This document shows, piece by piece, positions 1-15,659 of a stretch of DNA of 64,000 nt. The notes below the pieces were generated by a model that was not told the origin of the DNA, did no database searches, and saw nothing but the letters and a program-made list of their open reading frames with translations. Made by a program: the position numbers and the translations under genes. The stretch comes from the human T2T-CHM13v2.0 reference genome, Homo sapiens. The stretch is from NCBI RefSeq assembly GCF_009914755.1, contig NC_060929.1. One strand, given 5' to 3'. The number at the start of each line of letters is the position of its first letter. Position 1 is the first letter of the stretch.

Positions 1-142
1 CCTTTTCCCTTCTTGGCTATTTCATTTCCATTCATGTTACTTTGTTTTATATATACACTGCTTTACTGTGTATGAGAAAAATGACTGTCCACTGGTAGAA
101 ATATAGCCTGAGGTTTTTTTTGTTTTTAATTCTCTCTCTCTC

Positions 143-432
<290 letters not shown>

Positions 433-759
433 TTTTTTAAATTATCTAACCCTAGCCCCTGAATTTTTAAAACCACCATGGAACATCACTGGAATGAAAA
501 TGGAGACCATGTGACTTCTTCAGCTTTCCAAAGAAAACAGGTTTACTGATTATACGCAGCTAGAATGGTTGGCATAATTGTTATGAATGACAAACCCTTC
601 AATTCATTGATGTGTATGAGTCAGTGATGTTGGGATAAATGTCTTTGGATACACATTACACAGTGCTCCCAGATGTTTATATTCCTTCCCACTCCCTAAC
701 CTAATCCTAAAATATTAGCTCTCTAGACAAGAGCATAAACTGAAAACTCATATTTGCTC

Positions 760-915
760 TTAGGACTCTTTACAATCATTTTCACATGTGATTATCTTGG
801 TGTGTACATAGAGTGGCCATCTTTGTTTACAATGAAGACGCGAAAGCCCAAAGGTTGGCTAATGTAACCATGGAAACCAAGCTAATAAATGGTCAAATCT
901 GTACCAAGAATAATT
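760..915 (-). mobile_element. MIR fragment (degenerate)
   Basis: Weak antisense MIR core (TTTACAATGAAGACGCGAAAGCCCAAAGG...GCTAATAAATGG). Confidence 0.4.
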
Positions 916-1046
916 CTAGAGACTTCAGTTGCTTCAGAGATGGATGAGGTAGGAGTTTTTCTCAGAGGGATGCAGGTCTGTCTGTGGTCGCTTAGTTGGG
1001 TTGATTCCCACATAGTATTAATGAGCATATGGAAAGATAACAAAAG

Positions 1047-1583
1047 CAGCTAACACTTATTGAATACTAAAGTCTGAAGTAGCGTGCCAAGTACTTTCAG
1101 GCATTATCTCTAATCCTTATCACAAGTATATGAGGTAGGTACTATTATTAGACCCACTTTCTAAATGAGAAAATAAGCTTGGACTAGTAAGTAATTTGTT
1201 TAAGGTCATTCAACTAACAAGTGGCAAAGGATAAAAGTTAAATTTAAGTTTACCTGACTCCCAAGTTCATATTCTTTTTTTTTGAGATGAAGTTTTGCTC
1301 TGTTACCCAGGCTGGAGTGCAGTGGTGCAATCTCAGCTCACTGGAACCTCCGCCCCCCGAGTTCAAGTGATTCTCCTGTCTCAGCCTCTTGAGTAGCTGG
1401 GATTACAGGTGCATGCCACCATGCCCGGCTAATTTTTGTATTTTTAGTAGAGACAGGCTTTCACCATGTTGATCAGGCTGGTCTCGAACTCCTGACCTCA
1501 TGATCCACCTGCCCCAGCTTCCCAAAGGCGTGAGCCACCGCGCCCATCCCCAAGTTCATATTCTTAACTAACACAGACATTGC
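1047..1583 (-). mobile_element. MIR SINE interrupted by an Alu
   Basis: AGCTAACACTTATTGA...TGAGGTAGGTACTATTATT...AAGGTCATTCAACTAACAAGTGGC...TGACTCC matches antisense MIR. Confidence 0.85.
1277..1549 (-). mobile_element. AluS (Sg-like) with 14-nt internal deletion
   Basis: Antisense Alu; TSD CCAAGTTCATATTCTT at 1261-1276 and 1550-1565; CCCAAAG joined directly to GCGTGAGCC. Confidence 0.95.
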
Positions 1584-1732
1584 TTCTATCTCTTAGTCAC
1601 CTAACATTGACTCTTTCTGTTTCATGACCAGATCTTATACTCTGATTTTTCCCCTGCTTTTGAAGAAATAAAGGTGGGAGGCAGTGGAATGGGGAAGACA
1701 GGGAGAGGAAGAGGTTGGGGAGGGAGGGATGG

Positions 1733-1848
1733 CTCATTCAGTGATTGTGTGCCATCTATATTCATTCATTCCTACTATGTGCCAGGCATCACACTAGATG
1801 CCAGGTCTCAGCTGTGATAAAAAATAACTTTCTTGTTCTTATGAGGCT
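1733..1848 (-). mobile_element. L2 3' end fragment
   Basis: TTCATTCATTCCTACTATGTGCCAGGCATCACACTAGATGCC typical of antisense L2 tail. Confidence 0.6.
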
Positions 1849-3807
1849 AAATGCCCCAGGGTCCTACACCCACTTCTCCTAGTCAGTCAAATGTGTGTGG
1901 GCTTTTGAGGGGACAAGGGTGCCATGCTGTGGTATCACCCAAAGCTTTCTCTAGATAAGTGGATGTGAGAAAACCCAACAGCTGAGAGCAGCTCAGAGAA
2001 TGTTTATGGAAATATGTAACTGTTTCTCTTAAAGCCAATCCTGAGTCCCCTGTTTTGACTTTGGGTACGTATAATGTACTACATACTCCCTTCCCTCTGT
2101 GTGAAGCAGATCATATTGCAGCCCTGAAGTTATGTGTGGCTGTAGTGAAGCAGCAGGCATAACACTCTGCTGTTGGCTGGTAACTGTTTCCAATAACAGA
2201 CAAGCTGCATCAATGCAGGGTTTGGAATGCAACGTAGGACATAGCTAGGGGCCTCCTTGTTTTCTGTCACTAGGGTGGAGGGGGCCCTAAGGCAGGGCCT
2301 GGGTGGGCCTCTCTTCCTAATAACTCTTCTAATGAATCTCATAGCTGTCCTGGGAATTAGTTCTACCTTCTTCCTATCCATGGTAGGATTGATTTCCTTA
2401 ATAGCCAGTGACTGCCTGTCATTAAGAGCTCTGGGACAGGGAAGAATGGGGACAACCACAGACCTCCTCCCTGCAAAATATGTTCAGTGATTGTGACTCA
2501 CTGCATCATCTGGCCCCATAGAGCAATTTTCCAAATATTTCTCCTCAACATCTCTTTCCATCAAACTAAAATGTCAATTTTTTTTTAAAGCTCTGATTAA
2601 AGGATAAACAGTTTCATAATGGGATTTGAAAGCCTGGGCAATCATATCATTAAAAAAAAATTGGCTGCCAAGCAGCTTGCTCAAATGACACCAGGCACAT
2701 TGCCTAGTGAACTTTAGGTGAATAGGCGATGGAGTCTGTCTGGGCCTGATTTGCAGAGACTTCTTAAAGAAGGGAATCTGCTGCAGGCATGCAAACTACA
2801 GCAAGACTGAGCTGTGCATGGCTAGTTTTAGGGAAGGCTCCAGCTTGGGGAGCTTGGAAGGTGGTCTTTATCAGCCTGCCAAGATATCTGTGTGGAATCA
2901 CGCCCACCATTTCTTCTCCCAAAGAGACAGATGAACAGACTCCACTATGACCAATGCAATATGGTGAACAGATGTTTGCCTCACACAGCTGAAGTGAGCT
3001 GGCTTTCCAGAGATTTAAAGGAAGGAGAAGGTGTCTTGGGAACAGTGTTCCCAATATTATGATCCCAATCATAACTCATTGCTACCACTCCAGGATAGGG
3101 GGGCAGGGGCGGAATATAGTTCTGTGTCATCCACCAGTGGCTCCTCCGGGTCAAAATCCAGATCCAAGAGAATGTAATTCATGAAGCGATATTTACTAGA
3201 TAGCTTCACCTGGGCTGACTGTGACATCACTAGCATGTTTAACCCTTCATTTACATTTACTTATCCACACTCTACCCTGACTCATATCCTTTGTTTCCAT
3301 AATAAACTTTTAGCAACTATTGACATTCATCTTTCCCTGAGCTCACCTTTTTCCTGAATTGACCCCAACAACCTGTGAGACGGCCAAAGGCTTTTGCCTA
3401 GTCTTTGAGTCAGCTGAATACACAGATGCCTGAACCTATGCCAGTGCATCTTTATCATATTTGTAGTCCACCTGCTCTTTGTTTATCAGCTGTCTGTACA
3501 CACATAAGATAACTCTGCATTCTCCTTACTTGAGTTGCATCAGTCAGTAGTGTCTTTTGTTACTGCCTAGGGTGAGCAAAGAACATTACCTATAGTGAAT
3601 GAGGAACACCTTTGTTCATGCCACAAAATCCATTTTGTCTTTTTTAAGAATGCACCTCACTTTAAGTAAACTTAATATATGAAAATTTAGATTCCAGTAA
3701 GAAAATTCAAGTTTCACATAGCTTTTCAGGACCTCACTTGGCTACACAGAGCAGTGATTCTCAAGGAGGTTGATTACACCTCCTCAGAGATGCTTTAAAA
3801 ATTTGTG

Positions 3808-4100
3808 GGCTGGGCACGGTGGCTCACGCCTGTAATCCCAGCACTTTGGGAGGCCGACATGGGCGGATCACGAGGTCAGGAGATCGAGACCATCCTGGCT
3901 AACATGGTGAAACCCCGTCTCTACTAAAAATACAAAAAAATTAGCTGGGTGTCGTGGTGGGCAACTGTAGTCCCAGCTACTCAGGAGGCTGAGACAGGAG
4001 AATGGCATGAACCCAGGAGGCAGAGCTTGCAGTGAGCCGAGATCATGCTGCTGCACTCCAGCCTGGGCAACAGAGCAAGACTCCGTCTCAAAAAAAAAGA
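3808..4100 (+). mobile_element. AluY
   Basis: GGATCACGAGGTCAGGAGATCGAGACCATCCTGGCTAAC, GAATGGCATGAACC, GAGCTTGCAGTG; TSD AAAAATTTGTG / AAAAAATTGTG. Confidence 0.95.
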
Positions 4101-4285
4101 AAAAAATTGTGGTGGCATTTTTGCTAGTCTGAATGATTGAAGTGATGTGACTGGCATTTAGTGAGTGGGCCTCAGGGAGGCTAGATAGGATAGTTTTATA
4201 CAACAAAGAACTGTCCCAGCAGGCATCCTAGAGTCTCAAACTTAACTCTTTCAGACATAATAAAAAATATTGTATACAGGTTTAA

Positions 4286-4831
<546 letters not shown>

Positions 4832-5624
4832 TAAACTGTGTCTTTTAAAAACTGTCTTCTAGTGTTGTCATGCCTGAGGATTTTACTGATGAAATGTGTT
4901 ATTTTATTACAAATTACTTTTATCTCTCTTTCATATTATATATAGAGTACTTATTTTAAAAATTTTGTATTGGTTATATAATCTATAAATTTCTGTGTAG
5001 GATTGTAAAGAAACTGTTATTACCTTTTATATATACAAAGAGGACTTTAGGTTTTATGGAGATGAGAACCATTGGCCTAAAGCAACATCTGTCAACTATT
5101 CAGACAGAAACATTTTCCATTTGCACAAATAGAAGTGATTTCCTCTGTGCTAGATGAAAACAGTGGGGCCAAGATTTTCAACTTGTGTTATGGAAAGTCT
5201 GGAAAATGTGCTCTATTCAACAGGACTTTAATTTAGTCCGCCACTGATCAAACAATTCCTTTCTATGCCTAGCTTATTTTCATTCCAATATTTATTGATT
5301 CTATCACTGTGCTGGATATTGCAAGGATTAAACAACTCAGGGCCCTGACTATCTGGAAGCATAGACTGCCCTCTCTTGGAAGGCAATCTGCATGAAGAAA
5401 GGCATACTTCACAAACTTGGTACCCACAACTTTGACACCCAGGGCATCAAATGATGTTTCTTTTGATGAAAATTCTGAAATGCCCCTGAACCTTTCTTAC
5501 AACACCATCAAGGTAGTTAACATGCAATGCTGGGGTTCTCTAAATCACAAATATCAGGTGGCCGATAAGGACTATATATTCTAAAAGAGAAGAGGAACGA
5601 ATTGACTTAGAGGAGTAGGAGGAG

Positions 5625-5830
5625 GATGGGCTTTGGAGTTGGGTAGATCTGGGTTCATAGCTTGGCTCTACCACTTACTGTCTTACCTTGGGAAGGCTCA
5701 ATTTCCTCCTCCCTAAAATGGTCATAATACCATCCGCATCACTAAGCTGATTTGAGGGTTAAATTAAGTCATAAACATAAAGTCATGGGTAGAACACCTG
5801 GCATATAAAAGGGACCAGACAAAATGTGTG
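5625..5830 (+). mobile_element. MIR SINE
   Basis: GGGCTTTGGAGTT...CTGGGTTCATAGCTTGGCTCTACCACTTACTG...TTTCCTC..TAAAATGG. Confidence 0.8.
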
Positions 5831-6011
5831 AATCACCATCATCCCCCTTTCCTTGGGAGCTCTTAGATAAATCCTAGGACATGAGAATCAAAAGCGACCT
5901 TAAAAATGATCTAGTCAAATGCTCCACTAGACTACATAAATCTTCCTCTGTAGATTGTGAATGAAAAACTTCAAGCCTGCATGTTTTCTTCTCTTGATCA
6001 GTGTTAGCTAA

Positions 6012-7426
<1,415 letters not shown>

Positions 7427-8109
7427 AAGAGTTGTGGAAAAATATGAAAACATTCAAACTTTAATTTATTGAAATTACAATAAACTCATCCCCTCTGCAA
7501 CCATCTTCCTCCATCTGCCTAACCAAATAGCATTGAGTCATGTAAACAGAGTGAGTGGCCAGCTCAGATGTGATATCTACTGTTATCCATTTCTCTTTTA
7601 ATATTTGAGTGCTCAGCATGTTAAGCCAAATTGCTGCATAGAATATCCCCCAATTCTTCTGTGTATTCCAGCTTGAAGTAACAAAGAATGAAATAGAAGA
7701 AACAAATTTATTCTTTGTGTAAATACAAGATAATTTACAGTAAAATTCTTTTAAAATTCCTCAAAGTCCACCCCAAACAGATGGGTATTAGATGGTATTG
7801 AATGTGTGGGCCAAAGCAGCTTTCCTGGGATAGGTCCTTGATAGCTTTACCTCCTTCCTGAGAGAGGCCCTGCTTATAGATTATTTCCTCTTTTCCTTAA
7901 TTAAATATTGTGAATTTTCTTGAGAGAATAAAAAATTCAGCATAATCGATGAGATTAGGGGTCTCTAACATTCTTCCACCTAAGCATATGGCTTGTAGGT
8001 ATAGACTCTGTCTCTAATGTCATTCTACCTACAATCAATTTTCTCCCAGTAACTAGGCCTTCCTGAGAAATACAGTTATCAATAGGAAAATTTCATTGCA
8101 GAAGAGGAA

Positions 8110-8310
8110 AGACGTAGCATAATAAAGTGGAAGGCAGTATATATCCACAGACTGGGTTTCAAATGAGATTCTTTGACCTAATGTTTCTCTGGGAATAATT
8201 AATTCATTGGTCTCTGCATAGTTTTCTCATTTCTAAAATGGGGGTAATTTCTGCTTTACCTTTATTATAAGGTCTGTGAAAGGGCACAGTATACCACATA
8301 ATGCTAAAAA
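8110..8310 (+). mobile_element. MIR fragment
   Basis: AGACTGGGTTTCAAAT...AGTTTTCTCATTTCTAAAATGGGGGTAAT. Confidence 0.6.
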
Positions 8311-8459
8311 AATGTAAAATGTTAAAGATAATAGAATAGGGGTGGAAAAATCCAAGATAGGGAAACATTTCCTAACCTTAGGAAAACATGAGAAATCTAT
8401 GCCATTCTTGAGTGATGTCTTGTAGTCATTCTTTGAGTTAAAATTTACACATTAAAATA

Positions 8460-10720
8460 ATAACACAGCCACTCCAACTTTCTTATGTGTACAGTTTGAG
8501 TACAACATCTTCTTTCATCCATTTACTTTCAGCCCATATCTGTCTTTATATTTAAAGCATATCTCTTACAGGCAGCATGTTGTCATGTTGCACTTATCCA
8601 TTTTGAAAATCTCTGCCTTTTAATTGTTCAGTCCTTTAATGTTTAATGTAATTCTTGTTATGGTTGGTTGAATCAATGATTTTATTTTATTTTCTACTTC
8701 TCTCTTGTTTTCTATTCCTTTTTCTTTCCTTCCTATACTTTTGAATTCTTAAATAATTTTTAGAAAGATATTTTTATTGGCTTTGAAGCTGCATTTATTT
8801 GTGTTATTACTTTTGTGTGTGGCAGCCCAGGGATTACAATATACATCCTTAATTCTCTACTGTCTATATCCAGTTAGTATTTTACCACTCATGTAACTCA
8901 TAGGAGACTTGTACCCATGTAGGTCCATATCCACTCTTCCTTCTTTATGCTACAGTGGTTATTTGTATCACATCTGAATACCTTATAAACCTAAGACAAC
9001 ATTATAATTTTCACTTTAAACATTTATATGGTTTGTAAATAAATTAAGAGAAAAAGAAAATAATTTAAAAGTAGTCTTTTGCGTTTTTCCAGATATTTCC
9101 TACTTTCAGTGCTCTTTAATATTTTCTGAGGATCTAAGTTTCCATCTGGTATCATTTCCTTTCAGAAGGATAAATTCCTTCAGCATATCTTGTAGTTCAG
9201 GTCTGCTGGTGAAAACTCACTTTAGTTTTGTTCCATGCAAAAATGTCATTATTTAGTCTTCATTTTGCGGGATATATTTGCTGGGTAATAAATTCTGGTT
9301 TGACAATTTTTTTATTGTCTCTCAGTACTTTGGAACTATTACTCCATTCTCTTTCAGCCTTCATAGTTTCTGCTTAGAAACTGACCATTAATCAGATCAC
9401 TGTTTCCTTGTATAGGGCTTGTCATTTTGTATAGGATTGTATAGGATTGTCATTTTTCTCTTCCTGCTTTCAAGATTTGCTTTTTATCTTTGGATTTCAA
9501 CAATGTGAGTATGATGATCTGTGGTGAGGGCTTCTTTATGTTTATTCTGCTTGGTTTTCATTTATCATAATGTACCTGTACATTTTAGTCTTTCATCAAA
9601 TTTGTTATTTATTGGTCATTAATTCTTCAAGTACTTTCTCTGCTCCATTCTCTCCCTTCTCTTTTAGGATTTTATTTGCATGCATATGGACTATTTGAAA
9701 TTACCTAATGGATCTCTGAGGCTTCATTTTTTAAGTCATTCTTTTTTTTTCTCTCTCTGTCCCTGTTATTCATGTTGGATAATTTCTATTGATTTATCTT
9801 CAATTTGACTTGCTCTTTTCTTTCACATCTCCATTCAACTCTTAAGACCCTCTGGTGAATTTCTTATTTCAAATATTGTGTTTTTCAGTTCTAGACTTTT
9901 CACTTGATTCTTTCTTGTTTCTGTTTCTCCAAGGAGATTTCATGTCTTTTCACTCATCATATACATTATTTAGGGTAGCATAATTGCTATGTTAAAATCT
10001 TTTAGTTTCAAAATCTGGTTCATTCTGGGGTCAGACCCAGTGGATTTTATTATCTCTTGAGAACATGCCCCACTTTCTTGGTTCTTTGTATGTTGGGAAA
10101 TTTTGGATTATATTCTAAACATTAATTTATATGGAGTGAATATTAAGTAGTGGAAATTCTGGATGTTTTTACCTCCCTTTGATAAGTGTTGTTTCTTTCA
10201 TTTAAGCTGCTAATTATTGTAGGAACTTAAGCTCCAAACTGTTTCTTGAGTGGCAGCTACAATCTCAGTTGAGCTCCTTTGTCTTTCAGCCCATATTTGT
10301 CTTTATATTTAAAGACTGAAAGTTAGCTGCTTTGAGTCTGTACCCTGCATGCATAGTTTGTCAGAGATATAGGTAGACAGAATTTGGGGATACTCTCTCT
10401 AGATCTTTCTGTCTGGTGATTTCATCACACTTTTCAGTGTGTCTTGAAAAGACTGTTTTGTTTCACAAGCACACCCACTGCGTTGAGTACACTGTACCAC
10501 CTGCACTTACCCTCAAGCTGTAAGCTGTGAAGACGGTAACCTAACATGTATAGCCTCCCTTCCACCCTTTCCAAAGTGTCTACTCTTTACCAAGCCTGCT
10601 TTCTCGGCGTACTCTCCATTATTTACAACTTTTTGTATTATGTCTAGGATTAAATTTGTTTTCCATGGGAAAGTCATCTCGTAGGGTCTTATTCTATCAC
10701 TCCCAGAAGCAGAAGACACC
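8460..10720 (-). mobile_element. Old mammalian L1 (L1M-type; 5' UTR/ORF1/ORF2-start region)
   Basis: AGCCACTCCAACTTTCTT...TTCATCCATTTACTTTCA; TTCCATCTGGTATCATTTCCTT; GCTTTCAAGATT; TTCAGTTCTAGA; T-rich antisense L1M character. Confidence 0.8.
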
Positions 10721-12054
10721 TCACCACTCATTATGAGTGTGGAAAGCTGAGACACTTCAGGATGCCCCATTATTAACAGAAAATTGAGAATGCATGAGAT
10801 TGCTTCAAACCCAAGCCATTCTCTAAAAATATATCAATTAACATTTTTCTCTTCACTGAGCAATATCATAACCATTTAAAGGTGACTTATTTCATCTTCA
10901 ATTACCAGACTCAAAGCTATAAAAGAAATGTTATTTTAATTTGGTAGAGTTTTGTTGTCAGAAATTCATCTGGCTTTTGGACCCATTTCCCTGAACTATC
11001 CCTAATTTATTTCAAAACTGCGTGATAGTTTGAGCCTCCTAATTCTGTTTCCCTACAGGTGTCCAGTCTGCAGTTTCAAAGGTGTTCAATAAAAGAAGGC
11101 TTAAGCCAGTTCAAATTATGGGTTCATTTTATATAGTCTACCGTTGCCCTACCCCCCTCCTTTTCTTCTTAATGAGACTTACAGGAACACCACAACTTCA
11201 TGGCTGAAGGTTTTATGCCTGCTGGTTATTTCCCCTCTAAAGCCACAGTCTTCAATGACATTATAATAATTTCCATATTATAATAATTTCCACAGTTGCT
11301 AACTTGTGTGTTGCAGCTGAGAAGTAATACATTCAGATGAAAAATGTATAACAGCAGGAGATGAGCTACTGGGAAGTAACCTGTTTCTAATCACGTGAGT
11401 GTCATTTGTAATAAGACACAAAGTATATAAAATATTAAAACTATAAATGAATAGAAACTTTTCTCTACCAGTTTTTCATTTGGCCTCTGTATTTCTTTTA
11501 ACATTATTGACTTTTCTATTAAGTGTGCTCTTTGGTAGGTCAAACAGGCAATTGCCAGGCAACTACGGCATGAAGTCTATTTTATTTGCTTGTCAGCAAC
11601 TTCAGTGTCTATTTAGATTAGTGCAATCTTAATTATGTAAAAAATAAAAAGCATGGAAACAAGATTAGAAGTTTGTTGAAATGTTAAAGCTGTTATCTCT
11701 GAATAGATGGGGTTAAAGGAAGAAACTGAAGCTTTTATTATCTCTTTACTGGCAGGAAAACAGATTTGAGCTCATGATCCTTGGACCAAAGTCAGGATCG
11801 GCACCATCCAAATAAAAGGTTACTAAATCAGAGTTAGGGTGTAGACTGTGGGGAGACAGATTTACCAAGACCCTGTAGGGCTGGAAAGATAGATTCCAAA
11901 CAGGAACATATCCGCACTAAATTTACGTTTTCTAGCACGAACTTTCAATCTCCACCACACTTTTCTTCTCTCCCCTTCTTCTCACCCTTGCAAGTTGATA
12001 GCCTTTCAAAATGTATTATCGTTTGAGCAGGCTTTCAGAAGAAAACAGAGGCAA

Positions 12055-12345
12055 CGCTGTTCTGAAGGGCCCTGAAGACACAGCGATGAACAAGACAGAC
12101 AGCTTCTTGCTCCCAAGATTATGTTCTAGTGGGGATAGTTTAATATCTAAACATAAACAAGTGGAGACACAAAACAATCTCAGATAGTATTAATTCCTCA
12201 GAATAAAACAGACCAGGGGGATGTGACAAAGTTCAACAGATGGGGGCGGAGATGATGATTACTTTAGAAAAGGTGATCAGGGAGGTTTATGTGAGGTGGT
12301 GACATTTAAGTTAATATAAAATGACAAGAAGGAACCAGCCTCATT
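12055..12345 (-). mobile_element. L2 fragment
   Basis: GAAGACACAGCGATGAACAAGACAGAC...TCTAGTGGGGA...GAGGTGGTGACATTTAAG. Confidence 0.75.
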
Positions 12346-12687
12346 AAGTTTGAAGAACACAAATTAAATCAATGGTGTGTTTTACAACAGATGCTGTCAT
12401 AGAAGCAGGAAAAAAAATGTCTGTGTTTACTTGTCTCAAGGAAATAAGCCAAAATATCACAGTGGCTACCTCTGGATGCAGATTAAAATCTGGAAATCCA
12501 CTTGCCACTGTATAGTTTACCATATTTTTAATAATGAAAAAAATACCTAAAAACTCAAGACATGTCTAGAAGGGGATGCAAAACCCATAGCAAAAGCAAC
12601 ATTGCATCACTGTGAGCAACATTTAAGCAGTGCTAAATAATTGTACCCTGGAGAGGGTGCATCTGTCCCAAAACAGAAAGCATGACA

Positions 12688-13189
<502 letters not shown>

Positions 13190-13989
13190 TCAACAAAGAG
13201 AGGAGACAGAGACAGGGCACTGCCAGTGGAAAGCAATTGGAAGAAGAGGCTTAGTGACAAAGAACTTGGTCACACTCTAGTTTCATGACAAGTGCCAAAA
13301 CATTTTGAACATAAGTTCTCAGTTTAAAAAACTCATTTGTCTTTAACTTAAATCATAGCTCTTTAAAGGAAATGTAATGAAATAAACACATTTTTCTAAC
13401 TAACTGAAAGCGTGTGGTATGCAAACAATAGATATTCTTGTGTCTTCATTTTTATTTTATATTTTGCCTCTAGTTCTGGGAGTGCTCCAGGAATAACAAT
13501 GGAAAAACAAAACATACATCAATTTGAACCTCATGTTTGGCCAGGGTCTAAGCAAAAAAAAAAAAAAAAAAAAAAAGAAGCAAGAGATTTGAGCTGAAGT
13601 CTAAATTTAGACAAGGAAGCCCTACCATTTCAATATAGAGGTGAAAAGAATTCGCCACTGATAACAATCAGGTTTTTATCCTTCCCACCCCCACAGGGTG
13701 TTAACCATAATAGAAAACAAGCTGACAAGTCAGATAGTTAGCCCTACTTTCATTTACTCCTCTCTCACTCTGTGTACCACAAAGGTTGAAAAATGAGCAA
13801 ACCAGAGAACCTTCTTAGTAATGGTCAAGGAGAGAGCAGCAACTTAGAAGCCTAGGCCTCCGCAGCTTTGGACATGCTGAGAACCCAGCTCCAAGCCTGG
13901 AAGTTGTTGAGGATGTTCTCTGAGGACATCTCAGCTCACTGGCTTCACTGTGTGGACTTCTGTGACTGTCGTACAATGGCCTCAGATGT

Positions 13990-14250
13990 ACAACCCATTG
14001 GCTCAATCTGGCCTGTAGATACATTTGGCTTTGTTGACTTCCCCCTTCTTCCCCCTCCCCCCTCCCTCCTCCTCCTCCTTTTTAAAATTGCTCCAACATT
14101 TTAAAGTTTGAAGGGTAATCTGGGTTTCTGATATTTTTTTTTCTTCAATTGGAAGATCTGGCAATGTTGGGCCTACATTCTAATGTGGTCATACTTGGCA
14201 GAATCTAGCTGTGGCTGCCTGTAATAGAATGCAACTCCCACCTGGGCCCT
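13990..14250. mobile_element. MER103-like hAT-Charlie fragment
   Basis: TTGGAAGATCTGGCAATGTTGGGCCTACATTC...GTGGCTGCC resembles MER103C. Confidence 0.55.
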
Positions 14251-15659
14251 GCACTCACTTAATGTTACCTTGTAGACACTTTTGTTTGCTCCCTCTGTTG
14301 AAGGTAGGGCTGGACCAAAATAGGCAGCGTTTTCCACTGTGGCTCAAAACCCCTGTCACGTGAACACAAAAGACTTAGCTGTGGCCAGCTGAAACGACCA
14401 AAGTGCACACATACGTTGTTGACTAGATGTCTGCTTTCTGAGCAAGAAAGATTCACTGCTCCCACTAGAAGGCTGAGAGCATAGACTTTAAAACCACTTG
14501 AGAATGACGCTCAGGTGAGAATAATTTTTAGTTCAATTAAAAGAAAAGCATTGGTGAGGGATTTGTGATTATCATTTCCTTCTGCATGATTCTTCCCTTT
14601 TAAGAAACATTTTTGTTTCCATTCTATCTATTGGGGGCTTTTACAACGAGTATTTGGGAAAAATTTCATGGAAGAGTCAAAGGTTTTGAGAGGACTTTTT
14701 TTGTTCTTATAAAATTTAGTCAAGTGCCAGATATTGTATTTTAACTAGATTTCCTGCTCTGAAATAGGCCAGGGAAGTGACCCAGAGCCAGGCATGCAAT
14801 TGTCATGAGTGAGGAAGAGTTGTATACTTGGGAGTGTGGAGAAAATGATCCCAAACTTTGGAAAGTCTAGTAATAACCCACATTAGGAAATAGCCCCAAA
14901 CAAATATACTCCTACCCCTGCTGCCTCTCCTCTCTACTCCAATTGTGTTGAATTGTATCTGTAAGCTGTATTATGGGTTTTCTAAAGTGGTTTACGAATA
15001 AGCAGAGTAAAGTAGTTCTTTCTATGGTCAGACTCCTAGTTGAAAAACCACCACGTATGATATTTTACAAAGCAAAAGAATCCTTCGCACAAGCTTGGAA
15101 TCCCCTCTTCTTTATTTGTATTAGTCAATAAAGCAGACAATTCCTGGTTCCCAAAACACAATTCGAACTTTGAGCAGATATGGGCTCAGGCCTTGACCTG
15201 TATCTGGGCCAGAGCTACCTGCTTTGATTCTTCATGGAAAGGAAGTCCCTAATGAGCACATTACTTGACAAACAGACAAACAGGCCTTTTTAGTTTTTTT
15301 TTTTTTTGGGGGGGGTCGGGGGTGGTGTTGGGAATTATTTGGTAGGTAAAGCTAATCAGAAGACACATCTCCGTTCTTTTTAAACTTCTTGCTGAATTCA
15401 GAGTGGCAAGTGGCCAATGATTACTATCGTTTCTATTAGTCATCTAGTTACATGTTTAGGGATAACATATTTTGCTTTTGATAGGAAAAGGTTATCTCTG
15501 AAGAAAGTCATGAATGAGCCATCTTGTAGAGAGCAGTATACTGTAAAATTAGAAGAGAACTGTTTTTGTATTAAGGACACATTTGAAAACTCTTTAAAAC
15601 ATTTCCTTAAGCCAACAATAGGCCACAAGATCTCATTCATTCAGTAATCAACAAGGGCC

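Noticed and set aside
11260-11293. 17-bp tandem duplication ATTATAATAATTTCCA(T/C)
   Set aside because: Simple slippage duplication in AT-rich DNA with no further structure.
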